Shown here one piece after another: positions 1 to 11,401 of a stretch of 45,822 bases of DNA. The notes under the pieces were generated by a model. It saw only the letters and a program-made list of their open reading frames with translations. It made no database searches and was not told where the DNA came from. Source of the DNA: Folioceros fuciformis (taxonomy: Eukaryota); assembly GCA_049999805.1 (NCBI GenBank), contig JBNGIO010006142.1, forward strand, positions 113,493-159,314, written 5' to 3'. Both the position numbers and the translations under genes were made by a program. Position 1 is the first letter of the stretch; each line of letters opens with the position of its first letter.

Positions 1-602
1 GACCATCTTTTCGAAGAGGCAGGCTGTGAGCAACATGACTCCTGGAAGTGCGCTCTTTGAAGTTTTACACCTGCTGCCGGCCTCCACGCTTGGGTGCGTA
101 AGCACTCAGGCCTGTTTCGCTGGCCGATGAAATTCAGTCCTGTAGTGCAGTCTTCGGCGTGCAAACACGTGCGCGTAGCGGTCTACAAACGGCAGTTCTT
201 ATGTGACCCATTTCTTGTCTGGGAGATTTAGTGTGTGCCCGATCGAGATTTGTTAACCGATCTTTGCAGCTTGCAGCCGAGTATGGTGCGTGACGTTGAA
301 TCGTAGTTCTTGAATTCTGCGCAAGGTTTCAAACTGGAGATGCCCTACGTCCACCACATGCGGCTCCACGCACATGAATCACAGATCACGGTCTGATCAT
401 TCTCTAACGACGAACACACATTCAAGGCGCGCAAATTAGCATTCCAATGCTTGTCAGCACTACCCAAAATCGAGTAGCAACTGTTGTAGTTCACACAGAC
501 AACGTGCTGAATGATCCCTCCAGGTGTGTCATCCTGGGCTGCAATAGAAGGCTATCCAGGCCTAACACAGGGCTAATCTCAGCATCCAATTGGGGAATTC
601 AT

Positions 603-1277
603 CTACTTTTGGCTGGCCTCCAGCAGCTGGACTGTCTTCTCATCCACTCCAAGTGTTTGCTCCAGCACATCCGATGGCAGCGGGGAGACAAAGAGAGCCG
701 CAGCTGTCTGCTGCACTCCAGGGTTTTGACTGGTCAAAGCTGCGAAGGCCAACGCTGGATAGCGCCCCACGTTCTTCTGGAAATGAATGAGGCCCCTCGG
801 GAAGACGAAAAGATCGCCCGCCTTGAGCGTCTTCTGGAACAAAGTGTTGCCGTTAGAGGACACGAATCCAACCTTCAGAGTGCCCTCCACGACGAAGAGC
901 AGCTCGGTAGCCCTGGGGTGCGAGTGAGGAGGGTTGAGCCCGCCCACCGCGAAATCGACGCGGGCGGCCGAGATCCCCAATGTGTTGAGGCCTGGGAACT
1001 GGGCAACGGTGGCGGGCGTGACTGCTGCCTTGAATTTGTTGGCGGTGTTGCCCGGGGCGTTCAGTCCGGAGAATTTGAAGTCGGCGGCGGACACCTGAGC
1101 TGCTGGCTTGCAGACGAGGCCGTTGATGGTGGGAGTGGCTACTTGGGCAACGCAGAAATCCTGCAGGGGGTCCTCGTCGGCTGCAAAACTCAAGTGCGGC
1201 GCCCATGTGAGGAGCAGCGCGGCCAGGAATGCAACCGCCGTGAGCTCCCGATTCCACGGTGCAGCGTGACGAGCCAT
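603..1277 (-). CDS. Germin-like protein (cupin), copy A, single exon, secreted
   Basis: 224-aa ORF: hydrophobic signal peptide, DPLQDFCVA motif, second Cys (LVCK), germin box GLNPPHSHPRATE and FPRGLIHFQ (Mn-binding H,H,E,H). Confidence 0.95.
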   Translation of the reverse strand: MARHAAPWNRELTAVAFLAALLLTWAPHLSFAADEDPLQDFCVAQVATPTINGLVCKPAAQVSAADFKFSGLNAPGNTANKFKAAVTPATVAQFPGLNTLGISAARVDFAVGGLNPPHSHPRATELLFVVEGTLKVGFVSSNGNTLFQKTLKAGDLFVFPRGLIHFQKNVGRYPALAFAALTSQNPGVQQTAAALFVSPLPSDVLEQTLGVDEKTVQLLEASQK

Positions 1278-1534
1278 GGATGCCCCGGAACACAGTCTGG
1301 CAATGGCACAGGCGCAGCTTGCAGGATTCCACCACCTGAAGGTAAGATTGCTTGCAATTGCGACGGAATCTCAAAACTTGCTCCCAAGAAACCAGGATTC
1401 TGCACAGGCCTTCAGCTGTGGAGAAGGTATCCCGATCCTGAGACCGAAATGGATGCGGAGGCAGCAGCGCTCGTGGGATGTGGGGAACTCGGGAAGCCTG
1501 CGATGTGATGAGAAAGGGCACAAGACGGGAGCCC

Positions 1535-1540
1535 TTTATA
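1535..1540 (-). promoter_or_regulatory. Putative TATA box of GLP copy A
   Basis: CTATAAAGGG on the minus strand about 260 nt upstream of the ATG; conserved at the equivalent position in copy B. Confidence 0.5.
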
Positions 1541-2539
1541 GATTTGGCCATAGACTCTGTGCAGTCTCGCAGGGGAAGGCGGCCGGCAAGGAATTCGGCC
1601 GGCAGGAATGAAAGTGCGTTTGACTCCGAACCCTCTGAAGCTTCTTTCGTATCACGTTCGTATGGACAACTTTGACACACTACCTTTCACGCTCACAGAA
1701 CGTAACTTGAACGAACCGCGTTGTCGGGTGCCGGTCGCGGGCAACCGGCAGTTGGGAGTGCACAATGCCCGCCATCGTGTGCACGTTACCATTATGTGTA
1801 CCCCACGAAGGCAATCGACATCGATGTGCAGAAGGAAGTTGGAGGATATGCAGCAAAGCAAAGGAAGCTCGATGTCCACGGAGAGCTGTAGATTATGGAG
1901 ATGGTCAAGAAAAGAAAAAGCCGAGACTGATCGCTCGAGGGAGGAATTGAATCTCCAGCCTCAGGAGGATGTGATCTAACAACTCTGCTACACTAGACAA
2001 CTAGTACTGGCCGTCGACGGCAAAATCTACCAGGTTGGGTGGGGTGCCTTGTGCGCGAGTGGAATGTGGTATGTTGTTCTTCTCTTCTTAGCGATTTCGA
2101 AATTGCTAGACCGTTTGCATATATAGATAAAACGCAATGTAGGAGTACTACGTCGTTCTCTTGTTCCAGTACTATTCTTGCATTGCGAATTGGCAACTGT
2201 TAGCCCTATCTCACAAGCTTGTCAACATGTTGCGTCACTACCAGCATTAGTGATTGGTGACGGGGTCCGTCCGGCTGAACGTAACCAAATGCGACCGTCC
2301 AAGACACGTTTTGGAGAGCGAAGGTAGACTAGACTGCGATGATCTACATTGTTTGGAAGATTTTGGTTGTGCCTGGTCCACTTGACGGTCTTTCAGTCCT
2401 TCAGTCCATTGTTTGTCACCGTTAGCAAGTTCAGAAAAGTACATAGTGTTGGATCTCAGATGGCCATTACATGCCTACTGCAACATCGTGAACTGAGAGT
2501 GAAAGAAATGGTGATGAGCCCTCTGACAGAGGGCCCAAT

Positions 2540-3214
2540 CTACTTTTGTTTGGCCTCCAGCAGCTGGACTGTCTTCGCATCCACTCCAAGTGCTTGCTGC
2601 AGCACATCCGATGGCAGCGGGGAGCCAAAGAGAGCCGCAGCTGTCTGCTGCACTCCAGGGTTTTGACTGCTCAAAGCTGCAATGGCCAACGCTGTATCGT
2701 CCCCAATGTTCTTCTGGAAATGAATGAGGCCCCTCGGGAAGACGAAAAGGTCACCCTTGTTGAGAGTCTGCTGGAACAGAGTGTTGCCATTAGAGGACAC
2801 GAATCCGACCTTCAGAGTGCCCTCCACCACGAAGAGCAGCTCGGTTGCCCTGGGGTGCGAGTGAGGAGGGTTGAGCCCGCCCACCGCGAAGTCGACGCGA
2901 GCGGCCGAGATCCCCAGCGTGTTGAGGCCCGGGAACTGGACGACGGTCGCGGCCGTAACTGCTGCCTTGAACTTGTTGGCGGTGTTTCCGGGAGTGTTCA
3001 GTCCGGAGAACTTGAAGTCTTTTGCCGCCACCTGATCTGCTGGTTTACACACGAGTCCGTTGACGGTGGGAGCGCCTGCCTGGGCAACGCAGAAGTCTTG
3101 CAGAGGGTCCTCATCGGCTGCAAAACTCAGGTGCGGCGCCCATGTGAGGAGCAGCGCGGCCAGGAATGCAACCGCCGTCAGCTCCCGATTCCACGCTCCA
3201 GCGTGACGAGCCAT
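2540..3214 (-). CDS. Germin-like protein (cupin), copy B, single exon, secreted
   Basis: Same length (675 nt) and motifs as copy A; start placed at MARHAGAW (3214) by alignment with copy A, not at the longer ORF start 3487. Confidence 0.95.
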   Translation of the reverse strand: MARHAGAWNRELTAVAFLAALLLTWAPHLSFAADEDPLQDFCVAQAGAPTVNGLVCKPADQVAAKDFKFSGLNTPGNTANKFKAAVTAATVVQFPGLNTLGISAARVDFAVGGLNPPHSHPRATELLFVVEGTLKVGFVSSNGNTLFQQTLNKGDLFVFPRGLIHFQKNIGDDTALAIAALSSQNPGVQQTAAALFGSPLPSDVLQQALGVDAKTVQLLEAKQK

Positions 3215-3470
3215 GGATGCCCCGGAACACAGTCTGGCAACGGCACAGGCGCAGCTTGCAGGATTCCACCACCTGAGGGTAAGATTGCTTGCAATTGCGA
3301 CGGAATCCCAAAACTTGCTCCCAAGAAACAAGGATTGTGTACAGCCTTCAGCTGTGTAGCACGTATCCCGATTCTGAGATCGAAATGGATGCGGAGGCAG
3401 CAGCGCTCGTGGGATGTGAGGAACTCGGGAAGCCTGCAATGTGATGAGAAAGGGCACAAGATGGGAGCCC

Positions 3471-3476
3471 TTTATA
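3471..3476 (-). promoter_or_regulatory. Putative TATA box of GLP copy B
   Basis: CTATAAAGGG on the minus strand, homologous to 1535-1540. Confidence 0.5.
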
Positions 3477-3881
3477 GGTTGGGCCATAGACTTTGGTCAG
3501 TCTCGAAGGGGAAGGCGGCAGGCAAGGAATGCGGCCGGCAGGAATGAAAGCGCGTTTGACTCCCTTGACTCCCGACCTTCTGATGCTTTCTACGTATCAC
3601 CTTAGTATGGACAACTTTGACACACCACCTTTCACGCTCACAGGACGTAACTTGAACGAACCGGTTTGTCGAGTGCCGGTCGCTGGCAACCGGCAGTTGG
3701 GAGTGCACCCTGCCCACCACCGTGTGCACGTGAGCATTATATGTACCATGAAGGCGATCAACATCGATGTGCAAAAGGAAGTTGGATACGCAGCAAAGCA
3801 AAGGAAGCTGGATGTCCATGGAGAGTTGTAGGTTATGGCCATGGCCATGATCAAGAAAAGAAGAGGCCAGATGTCCATGGA

Positions 3882-3969
3882 GAGCTGTAGGTTATGGAGA
3901 TGGGAGCTGTAGGTTATGGAGATGGGAGCTGTAGGTTATGGAGAAGGGAGCTGTAGGTTATGGGGATGG
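3882..3969 (+). repeat. 22-bp minisatellite, 4 copies (GAGCTGTAGGTTATGGAGATGG)
   Basis: Units start at 3882, 3904, 3926 and 3948; copy A has a single unit near 1883. Confidence 0.9.
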
Positions 3970-4979
3970 TCAGAAAAGATGACTAATTGCTGAAGGGAGG
4001 AATAGAATCTTCAGCCTCCGTAAGTTGTTCTTGAGAATGGCTTGTAAGTGATGTTTGAAAGGGGTTAATACCTTTTTGGCCTTTCGCCCTACTTACTCAA
4101 TTGTTCCTCTTATCTTTGGAGTAGATGGACTTTTTTTTTTTCAATAATAGAAAATACAACTATGGCCTCAAGCAGGATGTGATCTAACAACTCTACTACA
4201 CTAGACAACTACTACACTAGACAACTACTATCTAACAACTCTACTACACTAGACAACTAGTACTGGCCGTCGAAGGCAAAATCTACTAGGTAAGGTGGTG
4301 TACCTTGTGCACAATTGGAATGTGGTATATTCTTCTTCTCTTCTTAGCAATTTCGATATTGCTAAATTGTTTGCATAAGTAGATCTCAAAGCAATGTAGG
4401 AGTACCACCTCATTCTTTGTTTCAAGTACTCTCCTAGTATTGTGAATTGGCAACTATTAGTCCCATCTCAGGAGCTTGTGAATATGTTGCATCACTTAGT
4501 GGAACATGTTGGAGATACTCCGTGCACTCAAGCACAACATGGATGCCATCACAACCAGAAAAGAAACTCAGATAAGTACGATGAGTAACTTGACCAACTT
4601 ATTGGTAATTAAAGATAAAGTTTGAGTAACATGGTGACCACACGCGTCACCCAGTCACAATGTATCTCACTAAAAACAAACAGGGAAGAAACCGGGCTCA
4701 ACAACTAGCCATAAAAATCAGGTGGCCAGGTGTCCCATGCTTCATGTATGACATCCCATGGCTTGTGCATAGGTATATGGTTTTGCATGGCACCGGCAAC
4801 CGGTGAAATAAAGCGGCACGGCAAGCCGTGAGTTATCGCCGCAAAAAACGGGCTAGCAATGCAGATCAAGAGCGAACTACTGTCCTTGTTCTACAGCGCA
4901 CACTATTACAATACTATACACAATATACGTATACGAAAACGCATATATCTTCAATAAAATATTGACTTGCGCCTGCCTG

Positions 4980-5230
4980 GAACCAAGTCCTGCTTCTTCT
5001 TCTTCCACGGGCAGAACCAAGTCCCGCTTCTTCTTTTACCATGGGCAGAACCAAGTATCGCTTCTCGTCTTCCACGACCATACAAGGCTTTCCATGGATT
5101 TGCCATTGCACTCCGGAGCCCTATGGATTTGAAATTGCAGGAGTCTGAGCCTTATGGATTTATAGGCTGCAGGAATCTAAAGGCCCATAGATTGGAAGGC
5201 TACAGGAGCCTGAGCTCCATGGATATGAAG
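4980..5230 (+). repeat. Degenerate about 33-bp tandem repeats (two short arrays)
   Basis: GAACCAAGT...GCTTCT...TTCCAC-like unit x3 (about 4980-5078), followed by recurring GAGCC(C/T)TATGGATT-like units (about 5115-5230). Confidence 0.6.
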
Positions 5231-5611
5231 GCTGCATGTAAAAAGGTCATGGAGGCGGCAAGGCACTATAGTGAATGGAAACTAAATCCACAAAGGAACA
5301 AAAACATGGAAGCCAAGGTACTCTGTAAACAGAAAACCAAGGTGTGCAACCTTGCCATTGTCCTGGAAAACAAGGCATATAATTATCTACCATTGGCCTC
5401 TATGCATTCTCTTTGCCACCTCCTACATTCCAAGTGATTTTCTTCTTTTTCCCCTTGGGAGGGGAATAGAAAGGTCTTAACCTAGTTGTATTGCTTGGTC
5501 TTTCAACTAATATAAAGGTTGTAACGACCTACATTCCGGCTATCCGCCAGTCTCTTGCATTTGGGCTATGAGCTGCTTTATAGCCAACAAAGTATTCCGC
5601 ACAAGAACATC

Positions 5612-6600
5612 AGCATGCAATAATTAATGAAGATTGGAGAAAGAACTAAACACCCAAAGAGAAAACCTTGCATTGCAACCTCCTAATCACATGTACTCCA
5701 AAACGCACACAAAACACATCATTTTTGTTTGCCTTGCTAAGGCAAACAAAATGGTATATAGCATGCAACAATTAATAAAGACTGGAGAAAGAACTGAACA
5801 CCCAAAGTCAGGATGTGAAGAAACCCTTACCTTGTAGCATCTTGATCAAATGTGCTCCAAAACGCACATACAACACATCATTCTGTTTGCCTTGCTGAGC
5901 CAAACAGAATGGTGTACAACATGCAACAATTAGCGAAGACTGAACACCCAAAGTCAGGATGTGAAGAAAATCTTTTCTTGCAACATCCTGCTCAAATGTG
6001 CTTCAAAACGCACAAACAATACATCATTCTGTTTGCATTGCTGAGGGAAACAAAATGATATTCAAAATGCAAGAATTAGTGAAGACTGGGGAAAGAACTA
6101 AACACCCAAAGTCAAGATGCGAAGAAAACCTTTTCTTACATCATCCTGCTCAAATGTGCTCTAAAACGCACACAAAATACATCATTCTGTTTGTGTTGGT
6201 AGTAAGCAATACGGGGTGCATCATTTGGTAGTAANNNNNNNNNNNNNNNNNNNNNNNNNNNNNNNNNNNNNNNNNNNNNNNNNNNNNNNNNNNNNNNNNN
6301 NNNNNNNNNNNNNNNNNNNNNNNNNNNNNNNNNNAAATGTGCTCCAAAATGCACAAAAAGTACATCATATTATGTTTACATTGTTAAGGAAAAAGAATGA
6401 TATACAGAATGCAACAAATTAGTAAAGACTAGAGAAAGAACCAAAACGCACAAAAAATACATCATTATGTTTACATTGCTTAGGAAAAAGAATGGTATAT
6501 AGAATGCAACAATTAGTGAAGACTAGAGAAAGAATTGAACACCCAAAGTCAAGATGTGAAGAAAACCTTTTCTTGCAGCATCCTGCTCAAATGTGTATTT
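5612..6600 (+). repeat. About 150-bp satellite array, at least 6 diverged units, interrupted by an assembly gap
   Basis: AAGACT(G/A)GAGAAAGAACT(G/A)AACACCCAAAGTCA...CATCCTGCTCAAATGTGCT recurs near 5630, 5778, 5936, 6082, 6425 and 6519. Confidence 0.9.
6235..6334. other. Assembly gap (100 N)
   Basis: Run of N. Confidence 1.
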
Positions 6601-6706
6601 GTATTCTATTTGTATTGTTGAGGTGCTTTAATACTAGCTATTCATTCCCGCCACAAAAATCTTGCACTCTTTCCCAAGGAATGTGGGCCATTCTAGCCTC
6701 CTTTAT

Positions 6707-6835
6707 GCATCCTAGAGTTGAAGAGTGTTTGTACAACAACTTTTGCCGCATGACATGCCTTTCTTAAACTGAGCCAGCATCCTAGAGTTGAAGAATGTTT
6801 GTACAATAACTTTTGCCGCGTGACATGCCTTTCTC
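6707..6835 (+). repeat. About 70-bp direct tandem duplication
   Basis: GCATCCTAGAGTTGAAGA.TGTTTGTACAA.AACTTTTGCCGC.TGACATGCCTTTCT near 6707 and 6777. Confidence 0.85.
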
Positions 6836-7233
6836 GAACTGAGTCAAGATGTGGTACTTCTATGGAGAATGGACAATCCTTTGGCAAGTTAAAATCCATG
6901 ATAGGTATCACCCAATTATTAGGTAGTAAGCAGTACGGGGCGCATCATTTGGTGGTAAGCGAGATCAACTAGGAGCGTGATTTCGTGCACCGCGGTATAA
7001 TTTGAGGGTTTCAGTACCTAAACCATAGTTTTTACAACCTGGTGGCAGACACAACCGGTAGCCGGTCAAGCCTATATTGTATATGGTGTATGTATGATGG
7101 TCACGTGTTTGTTATGTGGCAACCTTTGCAAGCACACTCGTGTAAAAGTAGTGTCAGTGGGCCCAAACTTAGCCACCTGATTTTTTAGGCTAGCCAGGCT
7201 CAACCAGGTCTCATCCCATATTACGATAGGGTG

Positions 7234-7327
7234 TGCATTGATAGCACACCTTGTCATATGGATGGCACACTTGTCACGGGGTTTGCATTGATAGCACACC
7301 TTGTCATATGGATGGCACACTTGTCAC
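7234..7327 (+). repeat. 50-bp tandem duplication
   Basis: TGCATTGATAGCACACCTTGTCATATGGATGGCACACTTGTCAC occurs twice. Confidence 0.9.
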
Positions 7328-7385
7328 ATTGGAGACCAGAATCGAGTATTGGAGACCCGAGTCGAGTTTAGCCCCATGGGAAACC

Positions 7386-7575
7386 ACCCTTAGTGCAGTC
7401 CTTGGCTTCAAGCGTGCGCAAAGATAATTACCTACTGTAAAGAAAGGAGAACGTTATTTTAAATATCTTCCTGCCATCTTCACCCTTAGTGCAGTCCTTG
7501 GCTTCAAGCGTGCGCAAAGATAATTACCTACCGTAAAGAAAGGAGAACGTTATTTTAATATCTTCCTGCCATCTT
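7386..7575 (+). repeat. 95-bp tandem duplication
   Basis: CACCCTTAGTGCAGTCCTTGGCTTCAAGCG...TCTTCCTGCCATCTT at 7386 and 7481, near-identical. Confidence 0.9.
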
Positions 7576-8677
7576 TCACCCCATGGTTTGTTAGCCTTAC
7601 GACGCAGAGTTTTCATGTATGTCAAGGTTTTTCCAGCTTCTAGTCCCATGGGTTGGCCCGAGATCTATAATGAAATGCATTAAGCCTATCGAAACGTGCC
7701 CTAAAACTCAAAGGCTTCGTTGTGAAAGGCGCTTCAGTCTGTTTCCCGGCACACGGGACGGAGAAGGAAAAATTTCAGTATCATGCTTGGAAGGGAACTG
7801 CGCAGGAGTCGAAAAGCTAAAACCTGCGCCGGGAGGAAGGAAATAGCGTTGATTAGGCGGAAGCGAGTAAAAGGGGGAATTGGAGGGGAACCGTAGGCCG
7901 AGCGGCTGGGGCATTCTGTCCAGGGTAAACCTGAGAAATCTGAAGGACTAGAAAAGCCTGTTGCACCTCGAAAACCTGCTGCACCGGGAAAATCTGTTGC
8001 ACTTGGAAAACCTGCCTACTCGGCCCTGACCACCGATTGCCGGAAAGAAACGGTTTGAGGACCAGAGTCCACGGAAGAACGCGGACGGCCGTGATCTCGG
8101 AGGTAAGGCCGGCTCCTCTGTCCCTCCTCCGAGATCACAGTCTGCCCCCTTGCTGAATCTCGGGCTCCAAACCCTTTCTTCTAGTCAATTCTGTGTCCAG
8201 GGTCCGACAGGTTTTCCGGATGGAACAGTCTTTCCAGGTGCATCCGACGGCCAAGTCCCTTTTCATGTCTTCACCTCCCGGGTGTATTCGCCGTAAACAG
8301 GATAGTCGAGCTGCCCCATCTGCTGTTAGTCGCATTGACCCGCTGCTTATTTCCGGAGCCTGTGAAAAGCTGGCAACCCGAGCCGCTTCTCAACACTGCC
8401 ATGCTTACCGCGCTACCCGATGAATCACAATGCATGTACAAACTGCCACCATCGCAGTGTTCCACAACTAGGATTGTCTATCGTACAGCCACCGCCGAAC
8501 TCTTCAACACTCGGGTCTACTCCCCTTGCCGCACCGCATCCGTTTCCACGTAGCTAAAACCACTGAAAAACCCTCCGTCGTGCCCTGGTCACGTAATACA
8601 CATAGTCACTCACCAAGACACGGCCGATGTGAGTATCTGTGTTATCGATGACCTGAGTCGGAGCTCACCGTTTCTCC

Positions 8678-10906
8678 ATGGCTGTCACCCACCAGCTTCA
8701 GCTACAGTCGTGCTCTGGATGCCTTCTTGATGTCCGAGCTCAAAGGGTTTCCAGGATTTCCGTAGCTGAAAATGGACTGTCATGGGGCTTCAACTTGCGG
8801 ATCAGAAAGGAGTGGAACGGCCAGTGTTGGCCACTGTCAGCCGGGTTCAGAGGAGGAAGGAGATTATCAGAGTACCCCGATAGGATAGCGTTTGGTGCAG
8901 GATCGGATTCTGCATCTAGGTATGTTACCTTCTAGAGTTTTCCTCTCATTCCTCTTCTCTTTCCCTGACAGGAACAGGTGGACGAGCATTCTGTGCAACA
9001 AGTGTGATTCGGGTTGCAGTGGGGTGTGGATGTGAGGGCACGCTCCTTAGCAGGCTCTGGCCGGTTCAACTTTCAAGCTCTCAAATAATGCCCTTTGCGC
9101 TTCTCACATGCAGGTGTCAGATTAGCTCTGCAGCGACGAAGAAAGCAACAGGACGTGAGCTCTCCCGCGAAGAATCCACAGCGGTACCTCCCTTCTCCTT
9201 CGGAAGGACGAGACGAGGTGTGTTTCAGGTTTTTCTTTCCCGGGTTTTCTGTCAGTAGTATGCAGGATGGTGTCACCCATTGCTGACACTTCCAATCGTG
9301 ATCATAGCAGGAGGGGTAAAAGCTCTACAAGCGAATGACACACTGTCAGATACAGTCAGGGTGGATTCTCAGCAAGGCACTTCCACACCTACCAAGAAAA
9401 GGAAAGGTTAGATATTCAGGTTTGTGCGTTTTGGGCAGGACTTGTCTGCAATGACGTCCAGGATAGACTTCTTCAGCAGGTACCTCAGGTCGGAAGAAGA
9501 AGATCGATAAGGAACAAATATCAGATGCACCAGACCTGCCACAGGAGATCCGTACAGATGAGTCTGACGATGATGAACCTCAGATTTACGACGGGCCTCC
9601 TTTAGTGTGTTGTTTCGGAGAAGCGCTGAATGAGTTTCTGCCGTCAGTAAGGGTGAGCAAAAGGCAGATGGATCCGGACATCTACTCCACCTGGAAGATG
9701 TTACAGTGGAGTCCCCCGGAATTCGCAAGGGCACCAGGTGGCCCAGCGTCGAACACCGCGATTGCACTCTCTCGACTAGGCGGCAGGGTGGCATTTATGG
9801 GGAAACTAGGACGTGATGGAGCAGGAAAGGCTGTTTTGCTCACTCTGAACACAAACAGAGTACAAACTAGGGGAGTACGCTTTATCGACAGTGCTGCCTC
9901 TGGTGTCTCCCGCTTCTACTTGAAGCACGGTGGAAAAATTTGCATGGAGCTTGCTGTGCCACCTGCCGAAGCCATGTTCACGAAAGCTGATATCAACCTC
10001 GAAGTCTTGAGGGAGGTACGTGAAGGCTGGGGGGCTTCAGGTGTCTGCCCTCTCCAGGACTTGCGATCCAAAATCGGTCCTTTTTTCGGTGCTTGTTATG
10101 AAATGCTGTTTTTGTTTCTGTGCAGACAAAAATGTTCTATTTCACCTCCTTAAGTCTTACGACAGAGCCACTGGCTTCGACTCTTACCGAGACCATCGAT
10201 TTAGCTCAAAAGCAAGGGGCAGACGTGTTTTTTGACCTCAACCTGCCACTTCCTTTATGGCAATCTCAAGAGGCAACCTTGAAGAAGATTGAGGAGGTGT
10301 GGTTCAAGTCCAACTTCGTGGAGCTCACGAGACATGAGCTTGAGTTTCTTCTTGGCGAGGAGTATTATGCGAAGAGGAGAAAAAAGAAGCCAATGTATTA
10401 CGTTCAGTCAAGCAAGGATTCTATGAAGAAGCGGGTGGAGTACCATTATGAACCCAGGGAAATTGAACCCTTGTGGCATGAAGACATGAAGTGCATTTTT
10501 GTCACAGATGGGACATACCGAATCCACTACTATACCCGAACATTTCATGGGTCTGTGGCTGGCACTGAAGATGTGCTAGTCACTCCCTTCACCTGCGATA
10601 GGACTGGATCCGGTGACGCTCTAGTTGCAGGTATGCCGCTAACCTCCCGCTACCATCTCCGCTTCTGCTGCACGACAGAGGATGACCGTGACACTTGGAC
10701 CCATCGTTGTCACAGGCATCATCCGAAAAATTACCGCAAATCCAAGCATACTGAAGGATCAAACAAATCTGGACAAAGCTTTGCGCTTTGCAATTTGTGC
10801 AGGCATCATTGCTCAGTGGACAATTGGTGGTGTGAGGGGCTTGCCTACCGAGAGTGCTGCCCAAAATTTGACCGAGCAAGTGTACCCACCGGCCATGATT
10901 TCGTAG
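8678..10906 (+). CDS. FLN1: Fructokinase-like 1 (pfkB family, plastid PEP-associated protein), multi-exon
   Basis: YDGPPLVCCFG...WKMLQWSPPEFARAPGG, FDLNLPLPLW, TPFTCDRTGSGDA and C-terminal WTIGGVRGLPTESAAQNL match plant FLN1; N-terminal exons resemble a transit peptide; GT-AG introns (e.g. 10016-10125, 10631-10715). 5' exon structure less certain. Confidence 0.9.
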
Positions 10907-11401
10907 ACACCGACACCCACGTGCCTAAGTCGATCCTCGATAGCCTCAACAATTGGAGCTGGTGAAAAGAATTGTTTTCGCGCCCTGCTAAATCCCTCGT
11001 ACAAACATTTTGAGTGCCATCTCCCCACGTATTCGTGAGAAGATCCTGGTCCCGAGCTTTCGTAACATGGCGTTAATCTGAGACTCCAGGGCTGAAAATA
11101 TGACCTAATCTCCCCGTGTTGCAGGTGACGTCTCACCACAATCTTTGCTAAACCCTTAACCCCAGATGTTGATTGCTACCAACGCTGTCGCAACGCCAGG
11201 AACTTGCAACGACCGCTGTGGCTTGTGGCGGTACGAGTACGCCTCCAGCACGGCGCGGGGCAAATGGTGACAGAGAACCATCTGGAGAAGCGAGACAGGG
11301 CCGTGGGCAGCGGCTGAAGATGGGGGCAGACTGCCATTTTCTTCGTCCTTCAGTCTCTAGCGTACAGAGCTTGGCTATTGTTCATAGAGACGAATCCCAC
11401 T

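Larger units (their letters stand above)
601..4497. repeat. Tandem segmental duplication of GLP gene plus about 1 kb upstream (copy A about 601-2240, copy B about 2538-4497)
   Basis: Colinear high identity across the CDS and upstream DNA, e.g. GGATGTGATCTAACAACTCT...ACTAGTACTGGCCGTCGA near 1966 and 4174. Confidence 0.9.

Noticed and set aside
447-1508. 353-aa plus-strand ORF (and its twin at 2546-3547)
   Set aside because: Antisense shadow of the GC-rich germin-like CDS; no recognisable domain, and its recurrence follows from the duplication.
2006-2016. ACTGGCCGTCG resembling an M13/lacZ vector primer site
   Set aside because: Only 11 nt match, and it sits inside both diverged genomic duplicates, so it is not vector contamination.
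3215-3487. 91-aa N-terminal extension of GLP copy B
   Set aside because: Not in frame in copy A, starts upstream of the putative TATA box and would bury the signal peptide.
5612-7575. Repeat arrays as a possible CRISPR array or repeat-protein gene
   Set aside because: Head-to-tail repeats without unique spacers, no cas genes, eukaryotic context; the short ORFs just translate the satellite.
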